A DNA stretch of 64,000 nt, taken from assembly GCA_030390025.1 (NCBI GenBank), contig CM059432.1, positions 144,400,001 through 144,464,000 of the forward strand, in the 5' to 3' direction. The DNA is from Squalus acanthias (taxonomy: Eukaryota). A model generated the notes under the pieces. The model was not told the origin of the DNA. It ran no database searches and was given only the letters and a program-made list of their open reading frames with translations. Positions 25,576 through 37,190 of this stretch are shown here, piece by piece; within the stretch, counting starts at the first letter, position 1, and each line of letters starts with the position of its first letter. Position numbers and translations under genes: made by a program.

Positions 25576-28086
25576 AAGAAAGAAAAGGAAAGACTTGCAT
25601 TTATATAGCGCCTTCATGACCACCGGACGTCTCAAAGCGCTTTACAGTCAATGAAGTACTTTTGAATAGGAGTCGCTGTTGTAACGTGGGAAACACGGCA
25701 GCCAATTTGTGCACAGCAAGGTCCCACAAACAGCATAGAGTCATAACGGCACAGAAGGAGGCCATTTGGCCCATCGGGTCCATGCCGCCTCTCTGTGGAG
25801 CAACCCAGTCAGTCCCATTCCCCCGCTCTATCCCCGTAGCCCTGCAAGCTTATTTCCCTCAAGTGCCTATTCAGTCTCCCCTTGAAAACATTGAGTGTCT
25901 CCGCTTCCACCACTTCCGTCGGCAGTGAGTTCCAGGTCCTCACCACTCGCTGCGTAAAAAAGGTTTTTCCTCACATCCCCCCCTGTATCTCTTGCCCAAA
26001 ACCTTAAATCTGTGTCCCCTAGTCCTTGTGCCATCAACTAGTGGGAACAGCCTTTCCCCGTCTAGCCTATCCAAACCCGTCATAATCTTGTACAGCTCTA
26101 TCAAATCATACCTCAACCTCCTTTACTCTAATGAAAACAAATCCAGCTTCTCCAACCTGTCCTTGTAGCTAAGATCCCCCATCCCTGGAACCATTCTGGT
26201 AAATCTCCTCTGCACCCTCTCAAGTGCCTTCACATCCTTCCTAAAGTGTGGTGACCAGAACTGGTCGCAATACTCCAGTTGTGGCCTAACCAGCACTTTA
26301 TAAAGGTTCAGCATAACTTCTCTACTTTTGTACTCAATGCCTCTATTTATGAAGCCCAAGATTCCATATGCTTTGCTAACCACTCTCTCAATATGTCCTG
26401 CCACCTTCAGGGACCTATGCACATTAACTCCCAGGTCTCTCTGTCCCTGCACACTCTTTAAAACTGTGCCATTAAGTGTATATTGCCTCTCCCTGTTCCT
26501 TCTGCCAAAATGCATCACCACACACTTCTCTGTATTAAATTCCATCTGCCACTTGTCTGCCCATTCTGCTAGCCTTTCTATGTCCTGCTGCAGTCGATTG
26601 GTATCATCCTCACTATTTGCCACAACCCCAAGTTTGGTGTCATCGGCAAATTTAGAAATTCTACTCTGTATTCCAATATCCAGGTCATTTATATATATCA
26701 AAAAAAGCAGTGGCCCCAGCACTGACCCTTGAGGAACACCACTGTCTACCATCCTCCAGTCTGAAAAACAGCCATTTATCACAACTCACAGTTTTCTGTC
26801 CTTAAGTCAATTCCTTATCCAAGCTGCCACTGACCCACCTATTCCATGAGCCTCAATTTTGTTAACCAGCCTACTATGTGGTACTTTGTCAAACGCCTTC
26901 CTAAAATCCATGTAGACAACATCCATTGCATTCCCTTCATCGATCCTCCCTGTTACTTCATCAAAAAATTCAATTAGATTAGTCAAACACGATCTGCCTT
27001 TTAAAAATCCATGCTGGCTCTCCCTTAATTAGCTTAAACCTCTCCAAACGCCTGTTAATTTTTTTCTTGATTATTGTTTCTAAAACTTTACCCACCACTG
27101 ATGTTAAACTGACCGGCCTGTAGTTACTAGGATTGTCCTTACACCCTTTCTTCAACAATGGTGTCACATTTGCCACTTTCCAATCCTCAGGCACCTCCCC
27201 CACATCTAGGGAAGATTGGAAAATTATGGCAAGCGCTTCCGCTGTCTCCTACCCCAATTCCCTTAGCAATCTGGGATGCAAACCATCTGGACCAGGCAAC
27301 TTATCCACTCTAAGCATACCCAGCCTTTCTAGTACATCCTGTCTTATCAATTTTCACCCCTTCCATTGCATAGAAGCATAGAAGATAGGAGCAGGAGTAG
27401 GCTATTCGGCCCCTTGAGCCTGTTCCGCCATTTAATGAGATCATGGCTGATCATCCAAATTCAGTACCCTGTCCCTGCTTTCTCCCCATATCCCTTGATC
27501 CCTTTAGCTTCTACCTTTTCCATTTCTGTTGATATTTTGTCAGCATCCACCTCCTTATTAAACACTGATACAAAGTACTCATTGAGTATTCTAGCCTTGT
27601 CCTGCGCCTCTAAGCATATATCACCTTCTTTGTCCCTAATAGGTCCCACCCCACCTCTTACTACCCACTTACTGTTTATATGCCGGTAGAAGATTTTTGG
27701 GTTCCCTTTTATGTTAACCACCATTCTACTCTCATATTCTCTCTTTGCCAATCTTATTTTCATCTTCACTTCCCCCCTCAACTTATCAGCAATGTGATAA
27801 TGACCTGATAATCTGTTTTTTTGTTATGTTGATTGAGGGATAAATATTGGCCAGAACACCGGGGATAACTCCCCTGCTCTTCTACGAAATAGTGCCATGG
27901 GATCTTTTACATCCACCTGAGAGGGCAGACGGGGCCTCGGTTTAACGTCTCATCCGAAAGACGGCACACTCCGACAGCGTAGCACTCCCTCAGCACTGCA
28001 CTGCAGTGTCAGCCTAGCTTTATGTGCTCAAGTCCCTGGAGTGGGACTTGAACCTTCAATCTTCTAACTCAGAGGCGAGTGTGCTA
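25576..28086 (-). mobile_element. DeuSINE (25576-25735 + 27787-28086) split by a CR1
   Basis: The two halves join to a near full-length SINE including B box (GGTTCAAGTCCC); CAGCA duplicated at 25731-25735 / 27787-27791. Confidence 0.85.
25736..27786 (-). mobile_element. 5'-truncated CR1 LINE (RT pseudogene)
   Basis: ORFs with DWKVANVTPL, NYRPVSLTS, GVPQGSVLGP, KFADDTK, RPQLEYC; contains a separate short CR1 tail at ~27370-27507. Confidence 0.92.
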
Positions 28087-28381
28087 CATCGAGTTCAACA
28101 ATTTCAGACTATAACCTCGTCCCCTATATTTTTTCCCCTTTTTTTCTCACAAAGTAGCTGTTGATGATTCTGCCATCACCATTTACACCTCATCTAGAGT
28201 CATCTTTTGTTTCTTAACTTGTCCCATTACCTTCTCTTTTTGCCTTGCACCATCATCCCTTTTGTCAGTCAATCGCGCCTGCCTTCCAGCCCATCACAGT
28301 CCCTCCCTTTGTTCTTTCCTCCCCTCCTCCCTGTCCCTGTCCCTGCTCTTGCTTAAAAATCTCTCTTCTCTAACCTTTTCC

Positions 28382-28418
28382 AGTTCAGACGAAGGGTCCT
28401 CGACCCGAAACGTTAACT
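28382..28418 (+). ncRNA. Hammerhead ribozyme copy with core mutation (CAGACGA), probably inactive
   Basis: AGTT CAGACGA A GGGTC CTC GACCC GAAA CGTT AACT; conserved U4 is changed to A. Confidence 0.55.
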
Positions 28419-28699
28419 CTGTTTCTCTCTCCTCAATGCTGCCTGACCTGCTGAGTGTTTCCAGCATTTTGTTGTTAGAAAAGAATAGAAGGTTATGCTG
28501 ATAGGGTTAGTTGAGCTCTAGTCTTTGTTAATTCCTCAATTTTTGCTGGCAAAGGAGCATAATCAGGAACAAAATGATAAAAGGACAAATTTGGATTGAA
28601 ATTTGAAATTATGGAGCATAAAAGGTTTAGAAAAAACTGTAGCTTGGACAAACTTTGGGAAAAGCAGGACCCTGGGTACATAATAGAGCAATCAAAAGA

Positions 28700-29035
28700 G
28701 TACAGGAAGAAAGAATTTCATTTATAGAATGCCTCATCATACCTTTCACAAACCCTTCATGTTTCAAATACACTGAATTTTGTGCACAGCAAGAACCCAC
28801 AAACATCAGTGAGATGAATTACCATTTTTGGTGGTGTTGGTTGAAAGTGGAATATTGGTCAGGACACTGGGAGAACTCCCTTGCTCTTCTTTGAATAATT
28901 TTAGGAGATATTTTACACCCACCTCAACACTCAGTTTAACGTCAGATTCAATGAGCGGCACTCCCACAGGGTCTGCAGGCATGTTGTACCCAAGACCTGA
29001 ATACCACAAAGTGCTCACCACACAGAGAGAGGCGT
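28700..29035 (-). mobile_element. Degenerate DeuSINE
   Basis: TTGTGCACAGCAAGAACCCACAAAC...ATATTGGTCAGGACACTGGGAGAACTCCCTTGCTCTTCT. Confidence 0.7.
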
Positions 29036-29194
29036 ACAGTTTAGCTCTGCAACTGATTGGAAAAACTGCATCTAATCGTGGGGCAGGTCATCACAGGTGG
29101 TGCATGGAAGGCTTGTATAGCAAAGGTGAATTCAATGTGTCAGGGCATACGTACTACTGAACACAGCGGTAACCCAGCTCAGCTGATTGTAAAT

Positions 29195-29690
29195 ACAGTA
29201 GTGTAGTGGTTCTGTTGCTGGACTAGTAATCCAGAGACCGTGAGTTCAAATCCCACCGTGGGCAATTTAAGAATTTGAATTCAGTTTCAATAATCTGCTA
29301 ATAAAAAGCTGGTGTCAGTAAAAGTGACCTTGAAGCTGTCGGATTGTTGTAAAAAAAAACAACTGGTTCACTTATGTCCTTTAGGGAAGGAAACCTGCCG
29401 TCCTTACCTGGTCTGGGCCTATATGTGACTCCAGTCCCACACCAACCTGGTTGACTCTTAACTGCCCTCTGAAGTGGGTCTAGCAAGACACTCAGTTGTA
29501 TCAAACCTGCTACCAGCGGTTCAAGAAGAAGGCCCCCCACCACCTTCTCAATATAATGTTTCCTACATTACAACAGTGATTACACTTCAAAAGTACTTCA
29601 CTGGCTGCAAAGCACTTTGGGACGTTGTGAAAAGCGCTATCCAAATGCAAATTCTTTTTCAGGGCAACTAGGGATGGTGAATAAATGCAC
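29195..29690 (+). mobile_element. tRNA-derived SINE with LINE-derived tail; DeuSINE tail inserted at ~29552-29659
   Basis: A box TAGTGTAGTGG, B box GTTCAAATCC; tail CAGCGGTTCAAGAAG..GGC...CACCACCTTCTCA|GGGCAACTAGGGATGG..AATAAATG matches LINE end 41862-41925. Confidence 0.8.
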
Positions 29691-29714
29691 CATATGGAAT
29701 TGGAGTTATTATTG

Positions 29715-29935
29715 TATTAGTACACTGCAGCTAAGGTGGGCGAGTGCTAGACTACCCAGGCAGGTGTTGTACGGTACACTGAAGCTCCCGTGTTGGTCAG
29801 TTCAAAAGATTTTAAGGATTGCCTGAAGACCCGAGCTGAGAAAACGCGGCATCTCAACTGACGCACGATGCTGGTGATGGGGAATTGTGGCAAAACGGTG
29901 CTTCCCCATGGTACGGGACAGCTCGCAGCGAGTCC
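29715..29935 (+). mobile_element. Old RTE-like LINE 3' remnant
   Basis: Translates as QLRW...RLPRQVLYGTL then KRFKDCLK, typical of RTE ORF C-termini. Confidence 0.55.
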
Positions 29936-29992
29936 TCTCCGGAGAAAAGAGAGAGCCCCAAGGAAATCACTAAAACCACATCGACCTCCTGT

Positions 29993-30023
<31 letters not shown>

Positions 30024-30574
30024 GGAATTCTCACAGAAATCGGGACTTCACTCATACCAGAACCCATAACCTGTATTAACTGTTGATGAATCATAGGCTG
30101 TCACCATCAATGATGAAACCATCATCATCATCACCACACTGTATCCAAGAGTACAACCGGTTATTCTAGTGAACGTGTCAGTAAAAGAGTTTCCCTGTTC
30201 ACCAGGTCCAGTGAAATTCCGATCAGAGCATGGTTACAATGTTCACACCGGGCCAACAATGACAGACGGGAGAAGGACCCTCTGCTCCACCCAGCCGGTC
30301 CCGGACCGGAGCAAATCTTCGCAAACGGCAGTAACGATGTTGCAAACAGAGCAAACCCCCCGCCGCCGCACAGAGCACCTGAGGAGATCCGTAAGCCGGC
30401 AGAGGCCAGCCTGAGTAGCTGGTGAGCTTGCTGTGAACGCTGCCATTTAGGCTCGATTGCTCGTGGCCCTATTTGCCTGCCCCCACTGTTTGCCCTTTCA
30501 CATCAATGTTGCTGCCATCAGTGGGCGATGCCCAATAAAAAAAAATCAACCTGCAACTTCAACCCTGCTGATGA

Positions 30575-30727
30575 AAAATGCAGAGAGAGCCGATAATTTA
30601 ACATTTCAGGGAGATGCCTAAATCGTTAACTTGCTTGTTCTGTCCACAGAGGCTGCCTGGCCCGCTAACTGTTTCCAGCATTTCCTGCTTTTGTTTCAGA
30701 TTTCCAGCATTAGCAGTTTTTTTTTTC
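30575..30727. mobile_element. Decayed PLE family 2-like 3' end
   Basis: CGTTAACTTGCTTGTTCTGTCCACAGAGGCTGCCTGGCCCGCT...TTTCAGATTTCCAGCAT matches the PLE end; hammerhead core lost. Confidence 0.6.
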
Positions 30728-31454
30728 ATTAGAGAAGCAAAATGATGTGGAATTTTTTCAGAATACAGTAGGAGGCTCTTTCTGCCGGTAAATTGTGAAG
30801 GGATTCGCCATCTACATAAAATAAATCCATACACTCGATTACAGGGAACACCTGCAGCCACGATGCTAATATTTAAACATATAGGATTAGTGCTGGTCTA
30901 TATTTAAAGGGGGATAAATGTTGTGATTTGAGTTTGCAAATTGAAATCGGGAATGAGATTATGGATGATTTTTGGTTCGGAATACAAGAAACCCCAAGAT
31001 ATGGACGGACAAGAGCCGGCAGCAGGTAATAAGGAGCGAATTATATCCAGTGCAGAAAGCGTGCAACGTGCGGGTCCCGGGTGACTGACAGTGATTGACA
31101 GGCGGGGGAGAAGCGCTTTGCCCGAGGATTTAACCAGTGTGTGTGTCAGTGTGTGGGGGGGGGATGCAAAACTGCAACAGCCTCCCAGACTGCCGGAGCC
31201 ACCCAGCCCAGGCTGGAAGCCCTCACACCTCCACGGCCTCTCCGGCTCTGCTACCCGGCCGTCTGCACACACAGGAGCCGGGAGCCCGACTCACCACCCA
31301 CTGGGTCCTAGCGCCGGTTCGGCACACACACACACAATCTCAGAATTCTCAATCTCAGAATTCTCAATCTCAACATCTCATTGAACTTTGCAGGGCAGAA
31401 CGAATGTTTAAAAAACACAGAATTCCCCCCCCCCCCCCTCAACAAAAAAAGACT

Positions 31455-31665
31455 AGTGAGAAGTCGCACAACACCAGGTTATAGTCCAACAGCTTTATTT
31501 GAAATCACAAGCTTTCCGAGCGCTGCTCCTTCGTCTCCTTCACCTGACGAAGGAGCAGCGCTCCGAAAGCTTGTGATTTCAAATAAAGCTGTTGGACGAT
31601 AACCTGGTGTTGTGCGACTTCTCACTTTTGTCCACCCCAGTCCAACACCGGCATCTCCGCATCAT
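31455..31665. mobile_element. Hairpin mini-element from PLE family 1 3' end
   Basis: ~80-bp near-perfect inverted arms (31455-31535 / 31546-31626) matching 45598-45677, a ~39-nt one-sided tail, and an A-rich ~14-bp TSD-like flank. Confidence 0.85.
31540..31576 (+). ncRNA. Minimal hammerhead ribozyme (PLE family 1)
   Basis: UCAC-CUGACGA-A-GGAGC(AGC)GCUCC-GAAA-GC-UU-GUGA; stem I UCAC/GUGA, palindromic AAGCUU. Confidence 0.78.
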
Positions 31666-32278
31666 GACAAAAAAAAAACTAAACTTGGGTTAAAATCCTT
31701 CCCAAAACTGCAGAATCACATGGACCCAAGTCAGCAACCAGCAGAGTGTGTTCGAAAAGGGTCACTCAGGGCTCTCCAACCCATCGACTGCAGATCGTGA
31801 TGTACTGACGGTTCTTTTCATTGGTTCTCTTGCATTGCAAACGAAAATCAGGAGGAGACCTTATTGAAAATGCCGAGCCATCTACTTACAACACAAACCT
31901 TTAGCTGGAATTTGAACTTCAGTGTTACAGAACTGGTCAGATGTGCAATGACCGGCCAAGGCTGCCTGTACCTGAACCACTCACGTGGCTTAAATCGTCA
32001 CATTTGCATTTCGAACGATCCTCCGCTAGTGCACCTGAGATTATTTGTTAAAAATGAAACCGGCTCTTACCAGACACAGGCAGGAGATGCAGGGGTTGTC
32101 TGTAATTCGGGGGATTTCTATCACATCGCCTTCATTTTCACAGCTTGCCACTGAGCCTAAAACACACCGTTTGTGCAAATATTAAAACACCGACCCAATT
32201 AGAGAGGATATTATTTTTCCAGAGCTTAGAATATGGTTCTATTGAATTGCACAGGACGGAGAGTTCGTGTTCCCTTAC

Positions 32279-32399
32279 CTGTCAGAAGAGACGGGGAAAC
32301 GGTGATCTGAGAAAGGAAAACTAAAAAGAAACAGATCAGTAAACGACTGCAGAAGTTTGGCCAGCTCGCCAGAGAGCTCCCGAAATGAAACAGCATCAT
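32279..32399 (-). CDS. Candidate first coding exon encoding a signal peptide (MMLFHFGSSLASWPNFCSRLLICFFLVFLSQITVSPSLLT-), gene unidentified
   Basis: ATG at 32399, hydrophobic core LLICFFLVFL, strong phase-1 donor CAG|GTAAG at 32279/32278, CpG-rich non-repetitive upstream sequence. Confidence 0.55.
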
Positions 32400-32860
32400 C
32401 ACTGCCGGCACATGAATCAAACTCCGTCAGAAATAAAACTATCCCAGCCTAGGATCTCAGCGCCGGCTGCCCGTCAGTCAGGTGTCGGGGATGGTGGATT
32501 CGGCTCCAGCCGGTCAGCCTCTGTCCCCGGTGTCCCAGAGATCCACACAGCGATGAGCATCAACCTGCCAGCCAGCGACATGCACCTCCAGCCTGGGCGA
32601 CTCATCACTGTGACAGCGGGCTGCTCATCCCGAGTCTCCTCCTCACCGTCCCGATCATCTAGAGAGACAGCCGTGCCCGGGATTCGGGGAGTGCAGGCGG
32701 GGCTGCCTGGTGTGTGTGTGTGTGTGTGTGTGGAGCTTCACCAATTTAAATCCATCAGTGCTGGCTGCTCTGGGAGTTAGCGCCCGTCTGTCTGCAGTCT
32801 GCAGCCTCTCGCGCGCGATGCACCCAGCTAACTGAGCAACTGGCTTATTACTGAGAGTGC
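32400..32860 (-). promoter_or_regulatory. CpG-rich candidate 5'UTR/promoter with (TG)n tract
   Basis: High CpG density (e.g. CTCGCGCGCGATG), GC box-like GGCGGGG, no transposon similarity, directly upstream of the candidate exon. Confidence 0.4.
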
Positions 32861-33269
32861 CAAAGCACAGCAAACATTCACTGGATCCACCTACCACCCC
32901 ATTAGACCCACAACTGAACACACCACTGGACACATGCCATCCACTGGGGCGATTCAGGGACCCCCTCCCCTCCTCCCCAAACCCTGCCTACTGGAGCTGT
33001 AAAGAGACTTTAAGCCCCTCGAGATCCCCGGGGTTGTCTAGTTTTATCCACACCCTACCTTTACCATGGCAACACGTGTCCCGGGACTGCATAGGGAACT
33101 GGTCACAGTGTGACTTCTAATTACAGAAACATGTGGAATCCCAATACTACATATAAAAACACAAACTGCCAGTAATATTACTGGGGAATGTGATGTCAGC
33201 TGATGTGATATTTTACTAAGAAAAATACCGATGGGGCATTGCAGTGAAGTTGTTGGAGTGAAATTGTTG

Positions 33270-33460
33270 GAAGTGAAATTAATTATTGCAGTGAAATTAA
33301 TTAATGCAGTGAAATTAATTAATGCAGTGAAATTAATTATTGCAGTGAAATTAATTAATGCAGTGAAATTGTTGCAGTGACTTATTGTAATGAAGTTAAA
33401 ATCAATGGAGTGAAATTGTTCCAGCAAAGTTATTGCAGTGAAATTAAAGTTATTGCAGAG
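33270..33460. repeat. 18-bp AT-rich tandem repeat (GCAGTGAAATTAATTA[A/T]T), ~5 good copies plus decayed ones
   Basis: Direct inspection; FTALIN/FTAIIN periodicity in ORF track. Confidence 0.9.
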
Positions 33461-34389
33461 GATCAGTTACGGTCAGCAGACAATTTGTGTGACTGATTTT
33501 AGCGCACATCCCATTTGCCTCATTCATTGGCCGATCGTTGTGATTTGTTTAACCGCTGGTTGTTCATAGTTTTCAGTTCATATCAGTCAATACACAAACA
33601 CTAAATGATTTGTTCAATTTGAATATATCGAGTAATCCGTCTGAAATTCAGAGAATAATTCGGCACCATCTGCTCGTTCATCTTCAGACCCAAATCGGTG
33701 GCCGCAGCCGTTTGGGACTGCTCCACAATGTGGCTGAAATATTTATAACACGGGGCTGGGATTCAATAAATTCTGTAGGACTCGGGAACAAATAGCCTCA
33801 GATGGGTTTAACAAGGATCTTTTGTCGGGAGAGTGTTTTGGCGCCTGTTGAAGGTAATCTAACGTGCGATTCATGAATGGGAGGCCAGTGCTAACCACAG
33901 ACTGGGAGACACTGCCACCTGCACTGGTAGAAAGGGAGAGCCGGCCAGGTATTGGGTTACACTGATCACACACACAGCGTTAACCAGAGCGGGGCCCGGC
34001 TCGGCTCGGCTCGTAACATGTTGCAGTTCAGCGAGAGGATAAGGCGTGTGTGTGCCACATTCATAATGAAATGACCTCTGTGGAAATTTTCATAACCCAG
34101 TGTGTGCTCAGCGTGGAGTCTCGACTGAATGAGGGCTCCTGTTCGCTGTGCTGAGGCCGTGCGCGAAACGGCGCTTCAGAAAAAGAAAATCACCTCCAAT
34201 CCACTAAGAAAAACTATACCGGTGTGCTATATACATATATCCACACAATATATTAAAACCTGAAGTCTGCACACATGTCCTGTTAACATAGAGAACGCAA
34301 ACGTTAGCATTTATAATGGGAAATGTCCATGTAAACTTGTCATACAGTAATTCCACCATCCGCCAGTGGAGGCACTGCATCACCACTGA

Positions 34390-34820
34390 CAGAAAGAAAG
34401 AACTTGCATTTCTATAGCGCCTTTCACGACCTCAGGATGTCCCAAAGCGCTTTACAGCCAGTGAAGTACTTCTGAAGTAGGAAACACAGCATCCAATTTG
34501 TGCACAGCAAGGTCCCACAAACAGTACTTTGATAATGACCAGATAATCTGTTTTCTTTTAGTGATGGTGGTTGAAGGATAAATACTGGCCAGGACACCAG
34601 GGAGAACTCCCTTGCACTTTTTCGAATAGTTCCATCATGGGATCTTCTACGCCCACCTGAGGGCAGACAGGCACCCTAAAGACGGCACCTCAGACACTCC
34701 CTCGGTACTGCACTGGAGTGTCAGCCTGGATTATGTGCTCAAGTCTCTGGAGTGGGACTTGAACCCACAACCTTCTGACTCAGAGGCAGGGGTGCTACCC
34801 ACTGAACCACGGCTGACACC
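34390..34820 (-). mobile_element. Near full-length DeuSINE
   Basis: Head GTGTCAGCCGTGGTTCAGTGG...GGTTCAAGTCCC (A/B boxes), Deu domain, L2-like tail with (CTTT)n. Confidence 0.85.
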
Positions 34821-35261
34821 TGAAGGTGTAATTGCAGTGTGGCAAGTTTACACAGGAATGAAACGATACAAAATGGCATAATGTATAACATTAGAACAGA
34901 GACTGAATTACATCTGTGCATCCTGGTCCAATTTTTGCCACCCTCTAACCCCAGCACCTGACGGTTACACTGGTTTCATCTCCCTGTGCAGATTGCTTTG
35001 GGGGCTTGACTAACACACACACACAAGCTGACCCGCTATGTCATTGCTCATCGAATCACAGGACGAGCTGTTTTAACAGTATCAGAACATTGTGACAGCA
35101 AAAATGTTATAGCAGGCGTGACACCAGAGGTGCCTGCGATACCCCAAAAGTTTTAATATATTAGTAGATACAGTGACTCTCCTGTAAATTCTTTCTGTTT
35201 TGAGTTTTTGAAAATCTGTCTATGTTAACATTTGGCCGCAGAACTACTGTATCCATCCTAG

Positions 35262-36292
35262 CAGACTGGAGGGTGGTAGACAGTGGTGTTCCCCAAGGGT
35301 TGGTGCTGGGCCACTGCTTTTTTTGATATATATATATATAAATGACCTGGATATTGGAATAGAGTAGAATTTCTAAATTTGCCGATGACACCAAACTTGG
35401 GGGTGTGGCAAACAGTGAGGATGATACCAATCGACTGCAGCAGGACATAGAAAGGCTAGCAGAATGGGCAGACAAGTGGCAGATGGAATTTAATACAGAG
35501 AAGTGTGAGGTGATGCATTTTGGCAGAAGGAACAGGGAGAGGCAATATACACTTAATGGCACAGTTTTAAAGAGTGTGAAGGGACAGAGGGACCTGGGAG
35601 TTAATGTGCATAGGTCCCTGAAGGTGGCAGGACATATTGAGAGAGTGGTTAGCAAAGCATATGGGATCTTGGGCTTCATAAATAGAGGTATTGAGTACAA
35701 AAGTAGAGAAGTTATGCTGAACCTTTATAAAGCACTGGTTAGGCCACAACTGGAGTATTGTGTCCAGTTCTGGTGACCACACTTTAGGAAGGATGTGAAG
35801 GCACTTGAGAGGGTGCAGAGGAGATTTACCAGAATGGTTCCAGGGATGGGGGATCTTAGCTACAAGGACAGGTTGGAGAAGCTGGATTTGTTTCCGTTAG
35901 AGCAAAGGAGGTTGCGGGGTGATTTGACAGAGGTGTACAAGATTATGACGGGTTTGGATAGGCTAGACGGGGAAAGGCTGTTCCCACTAGTTGATGGTAC
36001 AAGGACTAGGGGACACAGATTTAAGGTTTTGGGCAAGAGATATAGGGGGGACGTGAGGAGAAACCTTTTTACGCAGCGAGTGGTGAGGACCTGGAACTCG
36101 CTGCCGACGGAAGTGGTGGAAGCGGAGACACTCAATGTTTTCAAGGGGAGACTGGATAGGCACTTGAGGGAAATAAACTTGCAGGGCTACGGGGATAGAG
36201 CGGGGGAATGGGACTGACTGGATTGCTCTACAGAGAGCCGGCACAGACTCGATGGGCTGAATGGCCTCCTTCTGTGCAGTTATAACTCTATG
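35262..36292 (+). mobile_element. 5'-truncated CR1 LINE, same young subfamily as 25736-27786
   Basis: KFADDTK, RPQLEYCVQFW*, RRLRGDL, WNSLP; peptides nearly identical to the 26 kb copy. Confidence 0.92.
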
Positions 36293-36494
36293 AAAATGTA
36301 ATATACATTTAGTTTATTCATGAATGATCATTAAAGATTCAGTCAGACTGTCACTTTCGTGTTGATGGGAAGTGATTTTTGAGTGCACATCAATACAAGA
36401 AACAGTATAACTCCTGACCTGACAAAGCAGCAACCAATTTGTATATACATACAGCGCTCTTAATGAAGAAAATGCCCCAAGGTGCTTCACGAAA

Positions 36495-37190
36495 ACATAA
36501 GAAATAGGAGCAGGAGTCGGCCATAAGGCCCCTGGAGTCTGCTCCGCCATTCAATAAGATCATGGCTGATCTTTTACCTCAACTCCACTTTCCTGCCCGA
36601 TCCCCATATCTCTCGATTCCCTTAATGTCCAAAAAGCTAACAAGAACATAAGAAATAGGAACAACGAACATACGAAAATAGCGGACAGATAAAGACCAGC
36701 TGGTTCATCGAGGCTGTCCAATAAGGTCCTTAGCATCATGACCGCCATTGGATCTCCCCCACCAATCAGTGTCCACGCAATCTGCTGGGAGAGGCCAAGA
36801 ATAAACAAGCCTAGGCCAATTGAGAGTTAAAAAAAATTGGGATATTCCTCTCCGACCCTCAAAGGTGATCAAAGCAAGTTGCAGGAGAACAGTGACCATG
36901 AGTCACGTTGCCCAAAACCCCCACTTATCTTCTGTAAACTGCGAAATTGGCCATTGATAGGAACTCGGCCATCTCCCTTTTGAACATGTGCGGTGCATCC
37001 ATGCTCAGTGCCTGAGCCGGTCGGTAACTTTTTCCAGAGTGTGGTGACCCTCTGCGAAAAGAAAAACCTCGAGTTCTAACTTGGTTGTATGCCTACGTAA
37101 CTTATATGCATGTCCCCTGGTCCTCCCTAACGTATCTAATTGAAATACTCTGTCTACATGGACAGAGAGCAATACCTTCATTATTAACTT
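36495..37190 (-). mobile_element. Stacked CR1-type 3' tails
   Basis: ACATAAGAAATAGGAGCAGGAGTCGGCCAT...; second tail from ~36640 with ORF-end remnant near 37030-37130. Confidence 0.65.

Larger units (their letters stand above)
25073..28476. mobile_element. Hairpin derivative of PLE family 2 (arms 25073-25535 and 25550-25575 + 28087-28476)
   Basis: Arms are reverse complements covering the PLE 3'UTR and GIY-YIG C-terminus (GTLQPSGLN|IEFNNF); perfect 14-bp TSD. Confidence 0.9.
24690..28515 (+). mobile_element. CR1 3' fragment (24690-25072, 28477-28515) split by a nested insertion
   Basis: RFTRMIPGL...RRLRGDLIEVF; the tail resumes after a perfect TSD AGAAAAGAATAGAA at 25059-25072 / 28477-28490. 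Confidence 0.85.
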
